Part shown: positions 46,000 to 56,528 of the stretch, piece after piece
Position numbering within the stretch: position 1 is the stretch's first letter
How the letters are laid out: every line of letters begins with the position of its first letter
NCBI GenBank assembly: GCA_052174015.1
Contig: JBQMXM010000003.1
Coordinates: 8,536-72,535, forward strand
Direction: 5' to 3'
From: Clostridium sp.
GTDB lineage: Bacteria > Bacillota > Clostridia > TANB77 > CAG-508
DNA length: 64,000 nucleotides
Notes under the pieces: generated by a model
Told to the model about the DNA's origin: nothing
The model's database searches: none
What the model saw: only the letters and a program-made list of their open reading frames with translations
Translations under genes and position numbers: made by a program

Positions 46000-46448
46000 T
46001 AACAATAACATATATATGTCTACTTATAATGACATTAACAGGAGCATTTGCATCATTATTCTTAAAGCAAATATCAGAATATCCAAAAAAAGATAGTAAG
46101 ATAATATTAAAATTAGAAGAAAGAAAAAATAATAGTATTAATAATAATAGAAAGACTATAATAACAATAATATTAAATATATTAAAAAATGATATTATAT
46201 ATCCATTAATATTACTTTTAGAAAATATATACTTATATTATGGTGGAATATTATATATATTAGCTGCAATTTTAAATATATTTGTTTTAAAATATTTAGA
46301 ATATTCAATAGTATTACCATTAACAGCAATAACATATATATGGACAATGCTTATATCAAAAATATATTTAAAAGAAAAAATAACAAAATTAAAAATATTA
46401 GGAATTATATTAATAGTTATAGGTTCATATTTAATAACAATAAGTTGA
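45996..46448 (+). CDS. EamA/DMT-superfamily half-size membrane protein (partner)
   Basis: 150 aa, TM-rich, translationally coupled to 45652-45999. Confidence 0.55.
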   Translation: MITITYICLLIMTLTGAFASLFLKQISEYPKKDSKIILKLEERKNNSINNNRKTIITIILNILKNDIIYPLILLLENIYLYYGGILYILAAILNIFVLKYLEYSIVLPLTAITYIWTMLISKIYLKEKITKLKILGIILIVIGSYLITIS

Positions 46449-46512
46449 AAATGTATATGATTTATATGATTAAAGTATATTAATATAATGTTTTAATAGG
46501 AAAGAGGTAATT

Positions 46513-47193
46513 ATGCAATACAAAATAATAGGAACAACAGTACCAGTAGTAGAAGTTACTATGAAACAAGGTGAATCAATGTACACACAAAAAGGTGGAA
46601 TGACATATCAAACAGAAGGTATAGAAATGAAAACAAATGCCCGTGGTGGAGTAATGAAAAGTTTAGGAAGAATGTTTACAGGTGAATCAATTTTTATGAC
46701 AAACTATAATGCGTTACAAGATGATGTAAAAATAGGGTTTGCAACAACAGTACCAGGTAACATAGTAGCATTAGATTTATCAAAAATTCCAGATGGAATG
46801 ATGGTACAAAAAGGAGCATTTTTATGTGCAGAACAAAGTGTAGATTTAAAAGTTGCATTTACTAAAAAACTTAGTGCAGGATTTTTTGGTGGAGAAGGAT
46901 TTATATTACAAAAAGCTACAGGAAATGGAAACGTATTTTTAGAAGTTGATGGAGATGCAATTGAAAAAGAATTAGCAGATGGAGAAGTTTTAAAAGTAGA
47001 TACAGGAAATGTAGTAGCATTTGAACCAACAGTTAATTATTCAGTAGAAATGGTAAAAGGACTTGGAAATATATTATTAGGTGGAGAAGGATTATTCTTA
47101 ACAAAATTAGTAGGTCCAGGAAAAGTTATATTACAATCACAAAATTTCAATGACTTTGCAAGCAGAGTAGTAACAATGATGCCTAAAAAATAA
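46513..47193 (+). CDS. AIM24/TIGR00266-family protein
   Basis: MQYKIIGTTVPVVEVTMKQGESMYTQKGGM...GGEGFILQKATGNGNVFLEVDG...GGEGLFLTKLVGPGKVILQS. Confidence 0.7.
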   Translation: MQYKIIGTTVPVVEVTMKQGESMYTQKGGMTYQTEGIEMKTNARGGVMKSLGRMFTGESIFMTNYNALQDDVKIGFATTVPGNIVALDLSKIPDGMMVQKGAFLCAEQSVDLKVAFTKKLSAGFFGGEGFILQKATGNGNVFLEVDGDAIEKELADGEVLKVDTGNVVAFEPTVNYSVEMVKGLGNILLGGEGLFLTKLVGPGKVILQSQNFNDFASRVVTMMPKK

Positions 47194-47229
47194 TATTTAA
47201 AAAAACACAAAAAAATATTAAATTAGTTA

Positions 47230-47258
47230 TTGACAAACAATAATTAAATATGTATAAT
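47230..47258 (+). promoter_or_regulatory. Consensus promoter of tRNA-Leu (TTGACA-17-TATAAT)
   Basis: ttgaca aacaataattaaatatg tataat. Confidence 0.7.
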
Positions 47259-47288
47259 AATACTTGTTAGATGGTTTCGCCTATATTT

Positions 47289-47377
47289 GCAACTGTGGCG
47301 GAACTGGTAGACGCACAGGACTTAAAATCCTGCGAGGCTTATCCCTCGTGCCGGTTCGATTCCGGCCAGTTGCACCA
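47289..47377 (+). tRNA. trnL: tRNA-Leu (anticodon TAA), class II long variable arm, CCA encoded
   Basis: GCAACTG...CAGGA CTTAAAA TCCTG CGAGGCTTATCCCTCGT GCCGG TTCGATT CCGGC CAGTTGC A CCA. Confidence 0.9.
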
Positions 47378-47407
47378 GTGAAATCATCTTAGTATTATAT
47401 ACTTACA

Positions 47408-47431
47408 AAGAACTAGAGATAGTTCTTTTTT
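47408..47431 (+). terminator. Terminator after tRNA-Leu
   Basis: aagaacta-gaga-tagttctt followed by TTTT. Confidence 0.7.
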
Positions 47432-47433
47432 AG

Positions 47434-47462
47434 TTGACTTTTTTGGATTGATGTGTTAGAAT
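47434..47462 (+). promoter_or_regulatory. Promoter of rpmG-secE-nusG-rplKA (TTGACT-17-TAGAAT, TGt extended -10)
   Basis: ttgact tttttggattgatgtgt tagaat. Confidence 0.6.
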
Positions 47463-47559
47463 TATATTGCATTAATATGCTCACATCGTTTCAAAAATCA
47501 AGAAAAAGATCAAAACCCTAAGCATAGGTTAAATGCTCATTCTAAAAATGGAGGAAAAT

Positions 47560-47724
47560 ATGGCAGCAAAAGGACCAAGAGAAAATATAACATTAGAATG
47601 TACTGAATGTAAACGTAGAAATTACATGACAAGCAAAAATAAAAGACATAATACAGATAGATTAGAAATAAATAAATTCTGTAAATATTGTAACAAAAGA
47701 ACAGTACATAAAGAAACTAAATAG
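47560..47724 (+). CDS. rpmG: 50S ribosomal protein L33
   Basis: GGAGG precedes ATG 47560. ...[45 protein letters not shown] with CxxC...CxxC. Confidence 0.9.
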   Translation: MAAKGPRENITLECTECKRRNYMTSKNKRHNTDRLEINKFCKYCNKRTVHKETK

Positions 47725-47745
47725 CTACCTTTAAGGGAGGAAAAT

Positions 47746-48045
47746 ATGGCTAAGAAAAAAAATAGTAAAGAAGATAAAATGAAAAAAAATACACAAACAG
47801 CAGGAATTAGAAATGAACTAAAAAAAGTTAGTTGGCCAAATGCAGAAGAATTATCAAAAGCAACAGCAGCAGTAATGTTTTTAGTTGTTCTAGTAGCTAT
47901 AATTATATTTGTTTCAGATACAATATTCTCATTTGGAAACAAAAAGTTTACAAAATATGTATCAGAAAAAAATAAGAAAGCAGAAACTGCACAAACACAA
48001 AAAAATAAAAATGAACAAAATAAACAACAAAATAATAAAAAATAA
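47746..48045 (+). CDS. secE: Preprotein translocase subunit SecE (with K/N/Q-rich C-terminal extension)
   Basis: IRNELKKVSWPNAEELSKATAAVMFLVVLVAIIIFVSD. It sits between rpmG and nusG. Confidence 0.85.
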   Translation: MAKKKNSKEDKMKKNTQTAGIRNELKKVSWPNAEELSKATAAVMFLVVLVAIIIFVSDTIFSFGNKKFTKYVSEKNKKAETAQTQKNKNEQNKQQNNKK

Positions 48046-48069
48046 TCCAAATAGATAAAGGAGATGAAT

Positions 48070-48633
48070 ATGTCTCAAAAAGATTATAGTACAAAACCAC
48101 ATTGGTATGTTGTTCATACATACTCAGGTTATGAAAATAAGGTTAAAAATGACCTTGAAAAAATGATTGAAAATAGAGAACTAGAAGACTATATATTTAA
48201 AATTGTTGTTCCTATGGAAGAACAAATAGAGATTAAAAATGGACAAACAAAAAAGAATTTAAAAAAAGTTTTTCCAGGATATGTATTAATAAAAATGATT
48301 GTAACAGAACAAACTTGGTATATTGTTAGAAATACTACAGGAGTTACAGGATTTGTAGGAGCAGGAACAAAACCAATACCACTTACAATAGAAGAAGTTA
48401 GAAAAATGGGATTTGATGATACACAAGTAAATGTGGATTATGAAGTTGGAGATTCTGTAGAAATTATTAATCATGCAATGCAAGGATATATAGGACAAGT
48501 AGAAGAAATTAATAAAGACCAAAAGAAAGTTAAAGTATTAGTTTCAATGTTTTCAAGAGATACAGTAGTAGAATTAGAATTTGCAAATGTGCAAAAGTTA
48601 GAAAAAAAAATAGGAGGAAGACATGGCAGATAA
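48070..48633 (+). CDS. nusG: Transcription termination/antitermination factor NusG
   Basis: [20 protein letters not shown]...[10 protein letters not shown]... and a KOW region. ATG 48070 is 6 nt after AAAGGAG, whereas ATG 48064 abuts the RBS. Confidence 0.9.
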   Translation: MSQKDYSTKPHWYVVHTYSGYENKVKNDLEKMIENRELEDYIFKIVVPMEEQIEIKNGQTKKNLKKVFPGYVLIKMIVTEQTWYIVRNTTGVTGFVGAGTKPIPLTIEEVRKMGFDDTQVNVDYEVGDSVEIINHAMQGYIGQVEEINKDQKKVKVLVSMFSRDTVVELEFANVQKLEKKIGGRHGR

Positions 48634-49051
48634 ACCAGTTGTAGCACAAGTTAAAATACAAATAGATGCTGGAAAAGCAACACCAGCTCCACCAGTAGGA
48701 CCAGCATTAGGTTCAACAGGTATTAATATTATGCAGTTCACTAAAGAATTTAATGAAAGAACTGCAAATCAAATGGGAATGAAAATACCAGTAGTTGTAT
48801 CTATATACAAAGACAAAACATTTTCATTTATAACTAAAGTACCACCAGTTGCTAACTTAATTAAAAAAGAAATTAATTTATCAAAAGGTTCAGCAAAACC
48901 AAATACAGAAAAAGTAGCTAAAATGACAAAAGCACAAGTACAAAAAATAGCAGAAACTAAAATGCCTGACTTAAATGCAGGAAGTTTAGAAGCAGCTATG
49001 AGTATAGTAAGTGGTACAGCAAGATCAATGGGTATCATTGTAGAAGATTAA
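48623..49051 (+). CDS. rplK: 50S ribosomal protein L11
   Basis: [38 protein letters not shown]. Confidence 0.95.
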   Translation: MADKPVVAQVKIQIDAGKATPAPPVGPALGSTGINIMQFTKEFNERTANQMGMKIPVVVSIYKDKTFSFITKVPPVANLIKKEINLSKGSAKPNTEKVAKMTKAQVQKIAETKMPDLNAGSLEAAMSIVSGTARSMGIIVED

Positions 49052-49165
49052 TTAAAATAATAAATAATATTAGATAAATAATATATAATATATAATAAAA
49101 AACAATAAAAAATCAAATAAATTGAAAAGTGGGAGAAGAAATTCGTTTACCACAAGGAGGAAAAA

Positions 49166-49846
49166 ATGAAAAGAAGTAAAGCGTATAAACAAGCGTTAGA
49201 AATGATAGAAAAAAATAAATATTATGAAATAGATGAAGCATTAGAATTAATAACAAAATTACCTAAGAAAAAATTTGATGAGACTGTAGAATTACACGTA
49301 AAATTAGGTGTTGATTCAAGAAATGCAGACCAACAAGTTAGAGGTACAGTAGTACTTCCAAATGGAACAGGTAAAGAAGTTAGAGTATTAGTAATTGCAA
49401 AAGGAGAAAAAGCAAAAGAAGCAGAAGAAGCAGGAGCTGATTTTGTAGGAGCTGAAGAAATCGTAACTAAGATTCAAAATGAAAATTGGTTTGAATATGA
49501 TGTAATTGTAACAACTCCAGATATGATGGGATTAGTAGGAAGAATAGGTAAATTATTAGGACCAAAAGGATTAATGCCAAACCCTAAATCAGGAACAATC
49601 ACAATGGATGTTAAAAAAGCAATTAGTGATATTAAGGCTGGTAAAGTAGAATATAGATTAGATAAAACAAATATAGCACATTTAGTTATAGGTAAAGTAT
49701 CTTTCGGTAAAGAAAAATTAAAAGAAAATTATGAAACAATAATGGCAGCATTATTAAAAGCAAAACCAGCAGCAGCAAAAGGACAATATTTTAGAGGTAT
49801 ATCTGTAGCTACAAGTATGAGTCCTGGAATAAGAGTTGCAAATTAA
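49166..49846 (+). CDS. rplA: 50S ribosomal protein L1
   Basis: [34 protein letters not shown]...[14 protein letters not shown]. Confidence 0.95.
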   Translation: MKRSKAYKQALEMIEKNKYYEIDEALELITKLPKKKFDETVELHVKLGVDSRNADQQVRGTVVLPNGTGKEVRVLVIAKGEKAKEAEEAGADFVGAEEIVTKIQNENWFEYDVIVTTPDMMGLVGRIGKLLGPKGLMPNPKSGTITMDVKKAISDIKAGKVEYRLDKTNIAHLVIGKVSFGKEKLKENYETIMAALLKAKPAAAKGQYFRGISVATSMSPGIRVAN

Positions 49847-50032
49847 TTAAAAATAGTATATAATATTAATAATTTCCAAAGACAATAGGCATTTAAGTCC
49901 TATCTAGGTAAGAATTAAGTATAATAGATTTAAAATTAATTATAGATTAGTGTAAATTTAGTATAAAGTCTTACCTTGCAGGTAAGGCTTTTATGCATGT
50001 TGTATTAGAAAAAATAATAATGGAGGTAAAAA
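49847..50032 (+). promoter_or_regulatory. rplJ (L10) leader region with stem-loop + U-tract, candidate autoregulatory attenuator
   Basis: This is a 186-nt untranslated spacer. It contains gtcttacct-tgc-aggtaaggc followed by ttttat at about 49968-49992. The position matches the known L10/L12 leader in Bacillota. The structure was not verified. Confidence 0.4.
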
Positions 50033-50617
50033 GTGGCTAATTTAAAAATAATAGAAGCAAAAAAAGCAGAAGTAACAACATTAGCAGAAAAACTAAAAAA
50101 AGCCAACATAGTATTATTAACAGATTATAGAGGAATTAATGTAGAAGATGTAACTAAATTAAGAAAAGATTTAAAAGCAATCGGAGCAGAATACTCAGTA
50201 ATTAAAAATAATATAGTTAGAAGAGCATTTAAAGAATGTAATATAGATGGTTTTGACGAAGTATTAGTTGGACCTACTGCAGTAATAACTTGTGATGAAG
50301 ATTATTTACAAACAGCAAAAGTAATGTATAAATTCATGAAAGATAATGAATATTATCAATTAAAAGCAGGAATGATTGAAGGTGAAGTAAAAACAAAAGA
50401 AGAAATCTTTGTACTTGCTCAATTACCATCAAGAGAAGAATTACTTGCAAAACTTGCTGGTGTATTACTTGCAAATATACAAAAACTTGCAGTTGCATTA
50501 GATCAAGTAAAAGAAAAGAAATCAGAAAATGCAGTTGAAACAGAAGCACAAGACGCAAAAGAAGAAAAACAAGAAGAAACTAAAGAAGTAGTTGAAGAAA
50601 CAAAAACTGAAGAATAA
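50033..50617 (+). CDS. rplJ: 50S ribosomal protein L10 (GTG start; acidic C-terminal extension)
   Basis: GGAGG lies 6 nt before GTG. ...[39 protein letters not shown]... The tail is [24 protein letters not shown]. Confidence 0.9.
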   Translation: MANLKIIEAKKAEVTTLAEKLKKANIVLLTDYRGINVEDVTKLRKDLKAIGAEYSVIKNNIVRRAFKECNIDGFDEVLVGPTAVITCDEDYLQTAKVMYKFMKDNEYYQLKAGMIEGEVKTKEEIFVLAQLPSREELLAKLAGVLLANIQKLAVALDQVKEKKSENAVETEAQDAKEEKQEETKEVVEETKTEE

Positions 50618-50645
50618 AATAATATATAATATAAAGGAGAATAAC

Positions 50646-51011
50646 ATGGAAAAAATTGAAAAAATGATAGAAGAAATAGAAAAATTAACAGTTATAGAAT
50701 TAGCTGAATTAGTAAAAGCTATAGAAGAAAAATTTGGAGTATCTGCAGCAGCAGTAGCAGCACCAGCAGCTGGAGCAGCATCAGACGCAGCAGCAGAAAA
50801 ATCAGAATTTGATGTAGAATTAACAGAAACAGGAGCTAACAAAATAGCTGTTATGAAAGTTGTAAAAGCAGTTAGCGGATTAGGATTAAAAGAAGCAAAA
50901 GAATTAGTTGATGGAGCACCAAAAGTAGTAAAATCAGGAGTTAACAAAGACGAAGCTGAAGAAATTAAAAAACAATTAGAAGAAGCTGGAGCAAAAGTAA
51001 CTTTAAAATAA
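50646..51011 (+). CDS. rplL: 50S ribosomal protein L7/L12
   Basis: AAAGGAG precedes ATG 50646. [23 protein letters not shown]...[43 protein letters not shown]. Confidence 0.95.
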   Translation: MEKIEKMIEEIEKLTVIELAELVKAIEEKFGVSAAAVAAPAAGAASDAAAEKSEFDVELTETGANKIAVMKVVKAVSGLGLKEAKELVDGAPKVVKSGVNKDEAEEIKKQLEEAGAKVTLK

Positions 51012-51030
51012 TTCAAAAATAATTAAAATA

Positions 51031-51078
51031 AAGATATCTTAGATTAATATTATTATACTATTAGTCTAAGATATTTTA
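51031..51078 (+). terminator. Terminator after rplL (long-loop hairpin + T-run)
   Basis: aagatatcttaga...tctaagatatttt. Confidence 0.5.
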
Positions 51079-51164
51079 TTATTTATTTCATTAATTATAT
51101 TCATTAGTTATTGAGCTAAAAAAATAATAATGATATAATAGTTATATAATTTATGGAGGAATAT

Positions 51165-51860
51165 ATGACAGATAATACTAAATCAAAGAAAAAGAAAGAA
51201 AATAGGTTTAAAGATGTATACTTAAAAATAACAATTCGTAAAATTTGTCTTTTTGTAGTAAGATTATTATTTTTAACTATATATAGGATTAGAGTTGTAG
51301 GACTTGAAAATATTCCTAAAACTAAATGTATTGTATGTGCAAATCATAAATCAACATTTGATGCAGTATTTTTAATGGGGGTATTTCCTAAAAATATACA
51401 TTTTATGTCAAAACAATCAATTTGGACACATTGGTGGGGAAAATTTATTGGTTTTGCTTTTGATATGATACCGGCAAAAAGAGATGGGAAAGATATACTT
51501 GCAATAAAAGAGGCGTATAAGGTATTAAATAATGATGAAATTTTAGGTATTTTTCCAGAAGGAACTAGAAATGGAGTATCTAAAGAAATACCTGTAAAAT
51601 CAGGAGCTACATTTATTTCAATAAAAAAAGATGCACCAATATTACCAATTGCAATATCAGGTAAATTAAAACCATTTACTAAAAATACAGTAACTATAGG
51701 TAAACCTATAGATTTGAAAAACATGCTTGAAGATGGTAAAACAGAAAAAGATACAGAAGAATTAAAAAGACTTACAAATATAGTAATGCAAGAAATATTT
51801 AAATTATCAATAGATGGAGAATATGATGAATATCTAAATAGAGATATTAAAATACATTAA
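51165..51860 (+). CDS. plsC: 1-acyl-sn-glycerol-3-phosphate acyltransferase
   Basis: The HX4D motif is CANHKSTFD, and FPEGTRN is present. GGAGG lies 5 nt before ATG 51165. Confidence 0.8.
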   Translation: MTDNTKSKKKKENRFKDVYLKITIRKICLFVVRLLFLTIYRIRVVGLENIPKTKCIVCANHKSTFDAVFLMGVFPKNIHFMSKQSIWTHWWGKFIGFAFDMIPAKRDGKDILAIKEAYKVLNNDEILGIFPEGTRNGVSKEIPVKSGATFISIKKDAPILPIAISGKLKPFTKNTVTIGKPIDLKNMLEDGKTEKDTEELKRLTNIVMQEIFKLSIDGEYDEYLNRDIKIH

Positions 51861-51882
51861 AATACATTAAAAGTATAATAGT

Positions 51883-51929
51883 AAAAAACTTATACACATT
51901 TTATATAATTTATGTGTATAAGTTTTTTT
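51883..51929. terminator. Bidirectional terminator (15-bp perfect stem flanked by A- and T-runs)
   Basis: aaaaaacttatacaca-(15 nt)-tgtgtataagttttttt. Confidence 0.75.
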
Positions 51930-51979
51930 CATTTCATTCTTATTATTATTTTTTATACTAATATACTATTAATATTATA

Positions 51980-53581
51980 TTAACTTAGATTAATGAAATT
52001 ATCAGTAGAACTATTATTATTTTCATTTGGATTATTATGTTCAATAATTTCACTTAAAGGATAATACCTGTTTTCAGAAATTTTCTTTTTAGTAATATTA
52101 TTATTATTATCTGAAATAGTTACATTAACAATAAATGTACCACCATTTACTCCTTTTTGTTTAACTTTTTCACCATTTATATTACTATTATATATTTTAA
52201 CAGTATTAAATTTTAAGTCTTCTGTTTTAGAAATGTCAACAGAAATATTTTGTTCTAACTTATTACCTGTAAGTTTTACATTTAAAGAATTATTAGCAAT
52301 ATTTAATTTAAGCTTGATTGCAGAAGTATGAGTATTTTTAAATTTTAAATCATTGTTTAAAGAAATATTGGCATCAAGTCCTAAATCAAAAAAGTTTATA
52401 GCGTTAGTATGTTGATTGCGTTCTAATATAGTTTGATTTGTATATATTGCACTAGTATATATTGCAGAAGCTACAAAAGAAAGTGCAGAATTTACTTCTT
52501 CCAAATTTATATTATTAGAATATTTTTGAATGTTAATACTATTATTAAAAGAAAAAGTCTGATCAGCATTTAAATATGTGTTATCTAAAGTATCTACAAT
52601 GTTTGAAATATGTTTTACACTTTCATTACTTAAATTAGCTAAAGAAAAGTTTCTATTAAATATATTTTCTGTTTGATTTGAATTTTTCTTTTCAAGTTGC
52701 TTAATTAAAGAATCACTTAAAATATCTGGTTTAATCTTTTTTAATTTTAATATATATGGAGAAGTTGCAGTTTTATCAAACATAATAGCAGTGTTAAGTG
52801 GAACAATAAATTCAAGACCATATTCTTCCTTAACAATTGTGTTATTGTTGCTTATATATGCATTTTTAGCCTTTTTAGTAATATCATTATATATACTATT
52901 TAAATTAATGTTAGAATATTTCTCTTTTTTGCTTTCTAAAAAAAGATTGTTTTTAAATTCTTCATTAATATAATTGTTTAAAATAGTGTCTTTAATTTTT
53001 TCATCTTCAATAATTGAATATTGTTGATTTTTTAAAATAGTAACTTCTAATTTTTCCATATCAAGTATATATGGATAATTTTTTTTGCTATTTATTTTAA
53101 AAGAAATATTATCTATATATTTTTTTAATATTTCATCATTTAAATTAAATTCAATAGGGATATTTATATTTTCATTAGATTTTTTAGAATTTACAAGCTC
53201 TTTTTCAAGTTTTAATGCCTTTTCATAGCTTTTTTCATAATCATATTTTAGATTTAATTCTTGTGGGCTAATAATTGTAGTTATATTATCAACAGTAAGT
53301 GTAAATTGATTTTGAGCCCTTTTATCATATTTGTTTTTTAAACTATCAACAACTTCAGATTTACTAGTATTTTTGATAGATATACCAGCAATAGATATAT
53401 TATTACTATATCTTATATTATTTGGTTTAAATATTTTAAAATATATGAATACTAAAGAGATTATAGATAGTATTATGATAAATATAATTATAGATATTTT
53501 GATTAGATTGTTGTTTTGAAAATACTTAGAATTATTATTATCAAATAAGTCAGACCCTTTAGGTGTAATTCCTAATTCCAT
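51980..53581 (-). CDS. Membrane-anchored VanW-like protein, degenerate copy
   Basis: 533 aa with a TM near the N-terminus. The region ALSFVASAIYTSAIYTNQTILERNQHTNAINFFDLGLDANISLNNDLKFKNTHTSAIKL follows the VanW pattern, but the GGxCQ element is absent. Confidence 0.5.
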   Translation of the reverse strand: MELGITPKGSDLFDNNNSKYFQNNNLIKISIIIFIIILSIISLVFIYFKIFKPNNIRYSNNISIAGISIKNTSKSEVVDSLKNKYDKRAQNQFTLTVDNITTIISPQELNLKYDYEKSYEKALKLEKELVNSKKSNENINIPIEFNLNDEILKKYIDNISFKINSKKNYPYILDMEKLEVTILKNQQYSIIEDEKIKDTILNNYINEEFKNNLFLESKKEKYSNINLNSIYNDITKKAKNAYISNNNTIVKEEYGLEFIVPLNTAIMFDKTATSPYILKLKKIKPDILSDSLIKQLEKKNSNQTENIFNRNFSLANLSNESVKHISNIVDTLDNTYLNADQTFSFNNSINIQKYSNNINLEEVNSALSFVASAIYTSAIYTNQTILERNQHTNAINFFDLGLDANISLNNDLKFKNTHTSAIKLKLNIANNSLNVKLTGNKLEQNISVDISKTEDLKFNTVKIYNSNINGEKVKQKGVNGGTFIVNVTISDNNNNITKKKISENRYYPLSEIIEHNNPNENNNSSTDNFINLS

Positions 53582-53779
53582 AATTTATCCTTTCGTAAAA
53601 TTAGTAATAATTTAATTACTATTATTATATAATATTAATAGTAATTAATCAAAATGTATAATATAGGTAATAGTGATATAAATATTAAATATAGATGAAA
53701 TATTGAATAAAAAGTTGTAATAAACTAGTAAAAAAGTATAAAATAATATATACTGAATATATGAAAGTTGGGGTCAATT

Positions 53780-54283
53780 ATGCAATTATATGAAAACATA
53801 TATTTAAATACAGACAAGATAATACAAGGCCAAGAATATACATTAGTATACAGAGGAAAATATTTTGAACAAGTTAAAAATATTAAATGCCCAGAACAAA
53901 AACTATATTTAGTTATAGGGGATGAAAAAATACAACTTAATAAAAAGGATTATGGATATACTTGTCAAATAGAATTTAATGAAAACAAGAATGATTTAGA
54001 AATATTATTAGAAAATATATCAACAGAAAAATTAGAAAAGCAAGAAAGTCTAGATGAAAATACAAATAATGAAATATTTACATTATATGCAATAACAGAA
54101 CCAATACATTTAAATGTATTAAAGGTAAATAATAAGCAAAATTTAATAAAACAAAAAGAAAAGAACTTTTTATTTTTTCCAGAGCAAATAATGAATGCTA
54201 TAAATAAGGCAATTAAGATATTTCCAAAGGTGTTAGAAAATAGAATGAATACTAATAAATTGATTAGGAGAGGAGAAAAATAA
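53780..54283 (+). CDS. Hypothetical protein
   Basis: ORF with ATG 53780 (alternative TTG 53768). No motif recognised. It sits 5 nt upstream of the VanW/G5 gene. Confidence 0.4.
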   Translation: MQLYENIYLNTDKIIQGQEYTLVYRGKYFEQVKNIKCPEQKLYLVIGDEKIQLNKKDYGYTCQIEFNENKNDLEILLENISTEKLEKQESLDENTNNEIFTLYAITEPIHLNVLKVNNKQNLIKQKEKNFLFFPEQIMNAINKAIKIFPKVLENRMNTNKLIRRGEK

Positions 54284-54288
54284 TAATT

Positions 54289-56268
54289 ATGGATGAAAAA
54301 AATAATAATGAAAATTCAGAATTTAAAAATGATACTGCTAAAACAGATAATGCTAAAATAGTTATAGATGCATTAGGTAATGTTAAATCAGATGAAGTAA
54401 GTAGTGCAGAAGACATAAAAGTATTACAAGAAAAAGTAAATCAAAAAATGAAAGAAGAAACACCATTAAAAGAAAATAAGAAAACATTAAAAAAAGAACC
54501 TAAAGAAGATGAGTTATTTAAGAAAGTAAATGAATTATTAGATGACGAAGAAGTAGAGCTTTCTGATGATAAAAATTTAAAAGTAGATGAAAAAATTCAA
54601 ATAGCAGAAAGATTAGAAGAAAAGATTGTAGATATTGCTATTAAGAAAAATAGAAATAGAATCATAATTATAATAGCAGTAATTGCAACACTAGTTATAA
54701 TGTTTTTCTCAACTATATTTGGAATAATTAATATTTGGAATAATAAGATACAAAAAAATGTATATATTGATAAAATTAATGTAGGTGGATTAACAAAAGA
54801 AGAAGCTACTAAAAAGATATCAGACATATATAAGTCAAAATCAGAAAAAGAAATTAAATTAAAATATGATACATTAGAAACACCATTTAAATTAAAGGAT
54901 ATAGATTTTCAAGTAAAAGATATAGAAGCTGTAAATGAAGCATATCAAATTGGAAGAAATTCTAATATTATAGTTAATAACTATAATATATTATATCAAT
55001 ATATTTTCAGTAAAACAGTTGATTTACAAGCAAACTATAATCCACAATATTTAGCAGAAATAATTAAAAATGTCTCAGCATTTTTACCAAATAAGGTTAA
55101 AAATCCAGAATATCAAATAGATAAAGAAAAATCAAAATTAAGAATATTTGCAGGAGAAGATGGAATAGATGTAAATACTAAAGAATTAGAAGAAAAAATT
55201 ATATCTGCATGTAAGAGTACAGAAGATATTACAGCAATAAATATTCCAATAGTAAAAGAAAAAGCCCCACAAATAGATTTAGATAAAATATATAATGAAG
55301 TTAAAAAAGAAGCACAAGACGCATCTTTTAATGAAAAAACAAAAGAATTAAAATTTGAAGAAAATGGAATGGACTTTGGAATATCTTTAGAAGAAGCTAA
55401 AAAACTATTATTAGAAAAGAAAAAAGAATATATAATACCATTAAAAATAATTAAACCAAAAGTAACTTTAGAACAATTAGGACAAAAAACATTTCCAGAC
55501 TTATTAGGTACATATGAAACACAATATGATGGTACACAAGTAAATAGAACAACAAACTTAAAAATAGCAGTTAGAAGACTTAATGGGTATATTTTAAGAC
55601 CAGGAGAAGAATTCTCATATAATAGGATAATGGGTAGGTCAGAACATGAATATAAGTCTGCAGCAATATTTTCAGCAGGAAGAGTAGTAGATGAACTTGC
55701 AGGTGGTATATGTCAAATATCATCAACATTATATGCAGCGGCACTTAAAACAAATTTAGATATAACTCAGAGAACTAATCATGGTTTTGTAACACCATAT
55801 GCAAAACCAGGATTAGACGCAACAGTATATTTTAATGCAATAGATTTTAGATTTAAAAATAATAGAAAATATCCAATAAAAATAGTTGCAACAATTTCAA
55901 ATGGAGTAACAAGAGTAAGTTTTTATGGAATTAAAACAGAAGATGTAAGGGTAGATTTAAATCCAGTATTATTATCAGTAACACCTAGAACAGTAACAGA
56001 AAGAAAAGATCCAAACTTAGCTGAAGGACAAAAAAGAATAATACAAACAGGTATAGATGGTAGAAGAGTAAGAGTATATAAGACTGTATATATAAATGGA
56101 GTAAAACAATCAACTACAGTAGTATCTACAGATATATATAGACCAATGGAAAAAATAGTAGCTGTAGGAACAAAGAAAAAAGCAGGAAAGACAACAAAGC
56201 AAGAAGACTCTAAAAAAACGGAAGAACCAAAAAAAGAAGAGAAAAAGGAAGAAAAGAAAGAAGATTAA
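54289..56268 (+). CDS. VanW-family protein with C-terminal G5 domain (YoaR-like)
   Basis: TM. The VanW core is GGICQISSTLYAAALKTNLDITQRTNHGFVTPYAKPGLDATVYFNAIDFRFKNN. The G5-like part is RKDPNLAEGQKRIIQTGIDGRRVRVYKTVYINGV...VAVGTKK. Confidence 0.8.
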   Translation: MDEKNNNENSEFKNDTAKTDNAKIVIDALGNVKSDEVSSAEDIKVLQEKVNQKMKEETPLKENKKTLKKEPKEDELFKKVNELLDDEEVELSDDKNLKVDEKIQIAERLEEKIVDIAIKKNRNRIIIIIAVIATLVIMFFSTIFGIINIWNNKIQKNVYIDKINVGGLTKEEATKKISDIYKSKSEKEIKLKYDTLETPFKLKDIDFQVKDIEAVNEAYQIGRNSNIIVNNYNILYQYIFSKTVDLQANYNPQYLAEIIKNVSAFLPNKVKNPEYQIDKEKSKLRIFAGEDGIDVNTKELEEKIISACKSTEDITAINIPIVKEKAPQIDLDKIYNEVKKEAQDASFNEKTKELKFEENGMDFGISLEEAKKLLLEKKKEYIIPLKIIKPKVTLEQLGQKTFPDLLGTYETQYDGTQVNRTTNLKIAVRRLNGYILRPGEEFSYNRIMGRSEHEYKSAAIFSAGRVVDELAGGICQISSTLYAAALKTNLDITQRTNHGFVTPYAKPGLDATVYFNAIDFRFKNNRKYPIKIVATISNGVTRVSFYGIKTEDVRVDLNPVLLSVTPRTVTERKDPNLAEGQKRIIQTGIDGRRVRVYKTVYINGVKQSTTVVSTDIYRPMEKIVAVGTKKKAGKTTKQEDSKKTEEPKKEEKKEEKKED

Positions 56269-56269
56269 T

Positions 56270-56413
56270 ATGAAAAATTGGAAAAAAATACTAATAATAA
56301 TATTTGTTGTAATAATATTATTAAAAATATTAAGTGGGATATTTGATATAACATTTTTTAAAACAAATCTTAATTCAACAATAACACATATTGAAAGAAG
56401 AAATAAAAAATAG
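56270..56413 (+). CDS. Unlisted 47-codon small membrane protein
   Basis: ATG begins 1 nt after the stop of the VanW/G5 gene. It reads MKNWKKILIIIFVVIILLKILSGIFDITFFKTNLNSTITHIERRNKK and is followed by a terminator. It is below the ORF-track length cutoff. Confidence 0.35.
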   Translation: MKNWKKILIIIFVVIILLKILSGIFDITFFKTNLNSTITHIERRNKK

Positions 56414-56441
56414 TATTAATAAAAATAGTAGTAATAAATTT

Positions 56442-56474
56442 AAAAGTATATCTATATTTAGATATACTTTTATT
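56442..56474 (+). terminator. Rho-independent terminator
   Basis: aaaagtatatcta-tatt-tagatatactttt. Confidence 0.6.
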
Positions 56475-56528
56475 ATTAATATATAACTGTAATATTTGTA
56501 ACATGAAAATTACATAATATTTAAAAAC

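Noticed and set aside
49052-49165. An L1-binding regulatory structure in the rplK-rplA spacer (gtgggagaagaaattcgtttaccac stem).
   Set aside because: There is only a 4-bp GTGG/CCAC stem, and I cannot recall a consensus for this clade precisely enough to call it.
51851-51870. Perfect 10-nt tandem repeat aatacattaa x2 spanning the plsC stop codon.
   Set aside because: It is real but trivial slippage at a gene end. It has no effect on the protein because the first copy already contains the stop.
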